A stretch of 64,000 nt of DNA, from positions 141,050,001-141,114,000 of the forward strand of contig OZ038378.1 of the NCBI GenBank assembly GCA_964036045.1, written 5' to 3'. Position numbers and translations under genes: made by a program. Positions 61,607 to 64,000 of the stretch are shown here, in pieces. The DNA comes from Eutreptiella sp. 'Long Island Sound 2002' (lineage: Eukaryota; Protista; Euglenida). Numbering within the stretch: position 1 is the stretch's first letter; every line of letters starts with the position of its first letter. Below the pieces are notes generated by a model. It was not told the origin of the DNA, searched no databases, and saw only the letters and a program-made list of their open reading frames with translations.

Positions 61607-63357
61607 GCTCACAAGGCCATACAACCCATGAGCGACGCTGGCCACCGCACCATCACCACAGTGCAGCGAGACGATGGCTCCCTCACTAGCGAACCTACCG
61701 CCATATTCCAAGCCAAGCAAGACAGCTTCCTCCGTCAACACACTCCAACCCAGGAAGCGCTAGACCCAAACAGCCAGGTCAAAGTCACCTGCCCCCTCCG
61801 GATCCTCAACCACGCCCAACGCAAGAAGATAGAGAAGCACCCTTTCGCAATCCAAGAAGTGCAGAAAGCCATGAGAAACCTCCGACAACACAAAACCCAA
61901 GGCTACGACGGCCTCCCAGCGGAGGCGTACTACCACCTCCCCGCCCACCTCCTCCGCCTCCTGGCCCAACAACTGTGCAGCATCATCACCGGACGAGTCC
62001 CCATGCCCCCGAAATGGGCAAACGTTGTCCGCCCCCTCAACAAAAACGGGGACTGGGCCAACCCGGACAGCTGGCGCCTCATGGTATGCGTGGTCACGTA
62101 GGTAAAAATCATATGTACTATCCTCGTACGTCCCATACACCACCACATCGACCCCCACATACCTGCCAGCCTCTAGGGCGCCACCCCAGGCATATCTCCA
62201 CATGAGGCCATCTCCCTCCAACACACCGTCACCGACATGGACCCCATCTACCTCATCATCGCCTCCCTGGATGTCAAAGAAGCCTTTCCGAACACCCCCT
62301 GGCTCCTCCTCAAGGCGGTGTGGAACCAATAGGGCCATCCCTTCTACAAATTCATCACCACGTACATCCGCACCCGTAGATCCGAACTCCGCACATGAGC
62401 AGGCCTCACCCCCTTCCTGGACCCGGGCGGCCGAGTCCCCCAGGGTGGAGGAAAGGGACCCTTCCTCTGGCCCCGGTTGACACTCCCCCTGGCGCTCGCG
62501 ATCGAACAGGATTACCTAGCGTTCGCACCCTACCCCCTCCTCTCCCCCTTGGTGGACTTCGCGGACGACACCAATCTCACGGTCGCACACGCCCCACACG
62601 AACCCCACGCACCAAGAGCGCAACCCACCATCAACCAACAAACAAACGATTTGCTGACAGTGAACGTCACGTACCTCGCCTAGAATAACATCGTTGTCCA
62701 CCCCACGAAGTCAGTCACCTTGATCAAAGGAGCCGCTACAACCCCCACTCTAGGCCCCAAGGCCCCCCCATGAACGTGGCGACGGCCACCACCCACCTAG
62801 GGGTGGGCCAAACCACAGACCACAACAACATCACCCCCACCGCAACCCTAAAGTTACAATCAAATCTGGCCCACCCCCCACGGTACGCATGCCCGCCAAC
62901 AAGATCACTCGCGATGTCCAAGTAAAGCGTGGCATGTTACCTCACAAGCGTGCTTAACGCCTCCATAGGCTTCCAAGCACTCCACCTGACACACCCCAAA
63001 ACCGCCCTCTAGCCAGCCACACGCGCGTTCACCAAGGCTCAGCGGCACACGGGGGGCAGCCCACTCTACATTCCCAGCCGCGCCATCCGGGCAGCATGGC
63101 CCCACTATAGGGACGCCATAGGAGACGAGGTGAAGGCAGCATGCACAAGACACACCGGCCTCCTCCTTCACCGCATGACGCATAACCACCCCCCGAAGAT
63201 CCGCGAACTCGCAACCATCAGACTCAGGACCAAACAAGCCCGCAATACATGCCCGCGCCGGATACTCCACCGAACGGTCATGCCTACTGATACCGGGAAA
63301 CCGCATCTGGAATCACATACAACGCCTATTCCCCACGCCACGCCACGCCATCCTCAC
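61607..63357 (+). mobile_element. RT fragment, copy 4
   Basis: Same RT motifs as copy 2. Confidence 0.9.
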
Positions 63358-64000
63358 TACCTGTGTAAGGTATTGGTGGAAGAGTCTGTATCACGGCCAT
63401 TCGGGGAGTTGTAGGAAAGGCGTGTGATGTGCACCACCGTGGTAGAGGACCCTCATTTGTGGGAGTAACACATGTATTATGATCACAGAGGCGCCGACGA
63501 GTTCCACTGTGTCGATGCTGCCTTTGGGTTGGTAGTGGAGGTCCCCGCAGAGGATTGCAAGGGCCACTGTCTGCAGGCAGGTATGGTTGCCCAAGCCACT
63601 GGTAACGAGCTGCCGGACAGTAAGGATACGTGAGGGGCTCGTGTGTCAGGGCATGGGTCCCATCCAAGAGGGGGATCGAGACCCGCAGTCCTTGTGCTTG
63701 CCGGCGCGCCTTCGAGAGGACAAGGTCCATGATTGCCTCTTGGATACCCTGCCCCGGGGTGTTGAGGTCCCTAAGGGCCTGAACGGTGAGGGTTGTCGAG
63801 TGCTCGTGGAGGGGGTGTCTGCTCATAGAGAGGGAGGTGCTCCCGAAAGGGGGCAGAGTTCCCGATACGGAGGGGGGCTGCTCCAGATAAGGGCAGGGTT
63901 GCTTCCAAAAAAGGGGGGTCAGAGTGGTTGCAACCGCTGCGGGGGGGCTTGTGCTCTCGATTACGGGTGGCTTGCTCCCGATAAGGGGGTCATTCTCGTG

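Larger units (their letters stand above)
46867..64000. repeat. ~4.03-kb tandem array (copies ~46867-50710, 50711-54739, 54740-61606 with 2.84-kb insert, 61607 to end)
   Basis: Junction tagacccttg|gctcacaag at 50710, 54739 and 61606. Homologous ORFs are offset by 4029 (49623/53652, 50192/54221, 58173/62202). The first copy is shorter and more diverged and is continuous with its native upstream APE. Confidence 0.95.

Overview
Eukaryotic, repeat-dominated window with no prokaryotic features. GT-AG introns, TTAGGG-like repeats and a 13-nt match to the euglenid spliced leader would fit a euglenid-type protist, but that assignment is inference only. Left to right: (1) a frameshifted AlkB-like 2OG-Fe(II) dioxygenase remnant (~0.5-0.95 kb, minus). 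(2) A 262-bp G-rich satellite (2.3-5.4 kb) containing a tRNA-headed SINE with a 46-bp target-site duplication, plus two copies of a Pol III A/B-box module next to 4-5 palindromic hairpins. (3) The last three exons of an uncharacterised host gene on the minus strand (11885-11454, 9875-9610, 7459-7267), with matching splice phases. (4) A Penelope-like RT fragment abutting degenerate telomere-like repeats (12.8-13.2 kb). (5) A ~17.5-kb array of ~12 x 1.5-kb units built from dead coding sequence, with 3-kb higher-order structure (14.4-31.9 kb), followed by a related degenerate coding remnant. (6) The 3' part of a non-LTR retrotransposon with RNase H and a zinc knuckle (37.7-41.1 kb). (7) A Penelope-type GIY-YIG remnant (43.5-43.9 kb). 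(8) A related APE-RT non-LTR element (45.8-48.5 kb) whose scrambled derivative forms a ~4.03-kb tandem array to the window end. Every copy carries the same 231-bp inversion, and one copy is interrupted by a 2.84-kb TSD-less insert starting with an integrase-tail/chromodomain fragment. Most ORFs in the supplied track are by-products of repeats or high GC. All protein family calls are by-eye motif recognition, not database searches.
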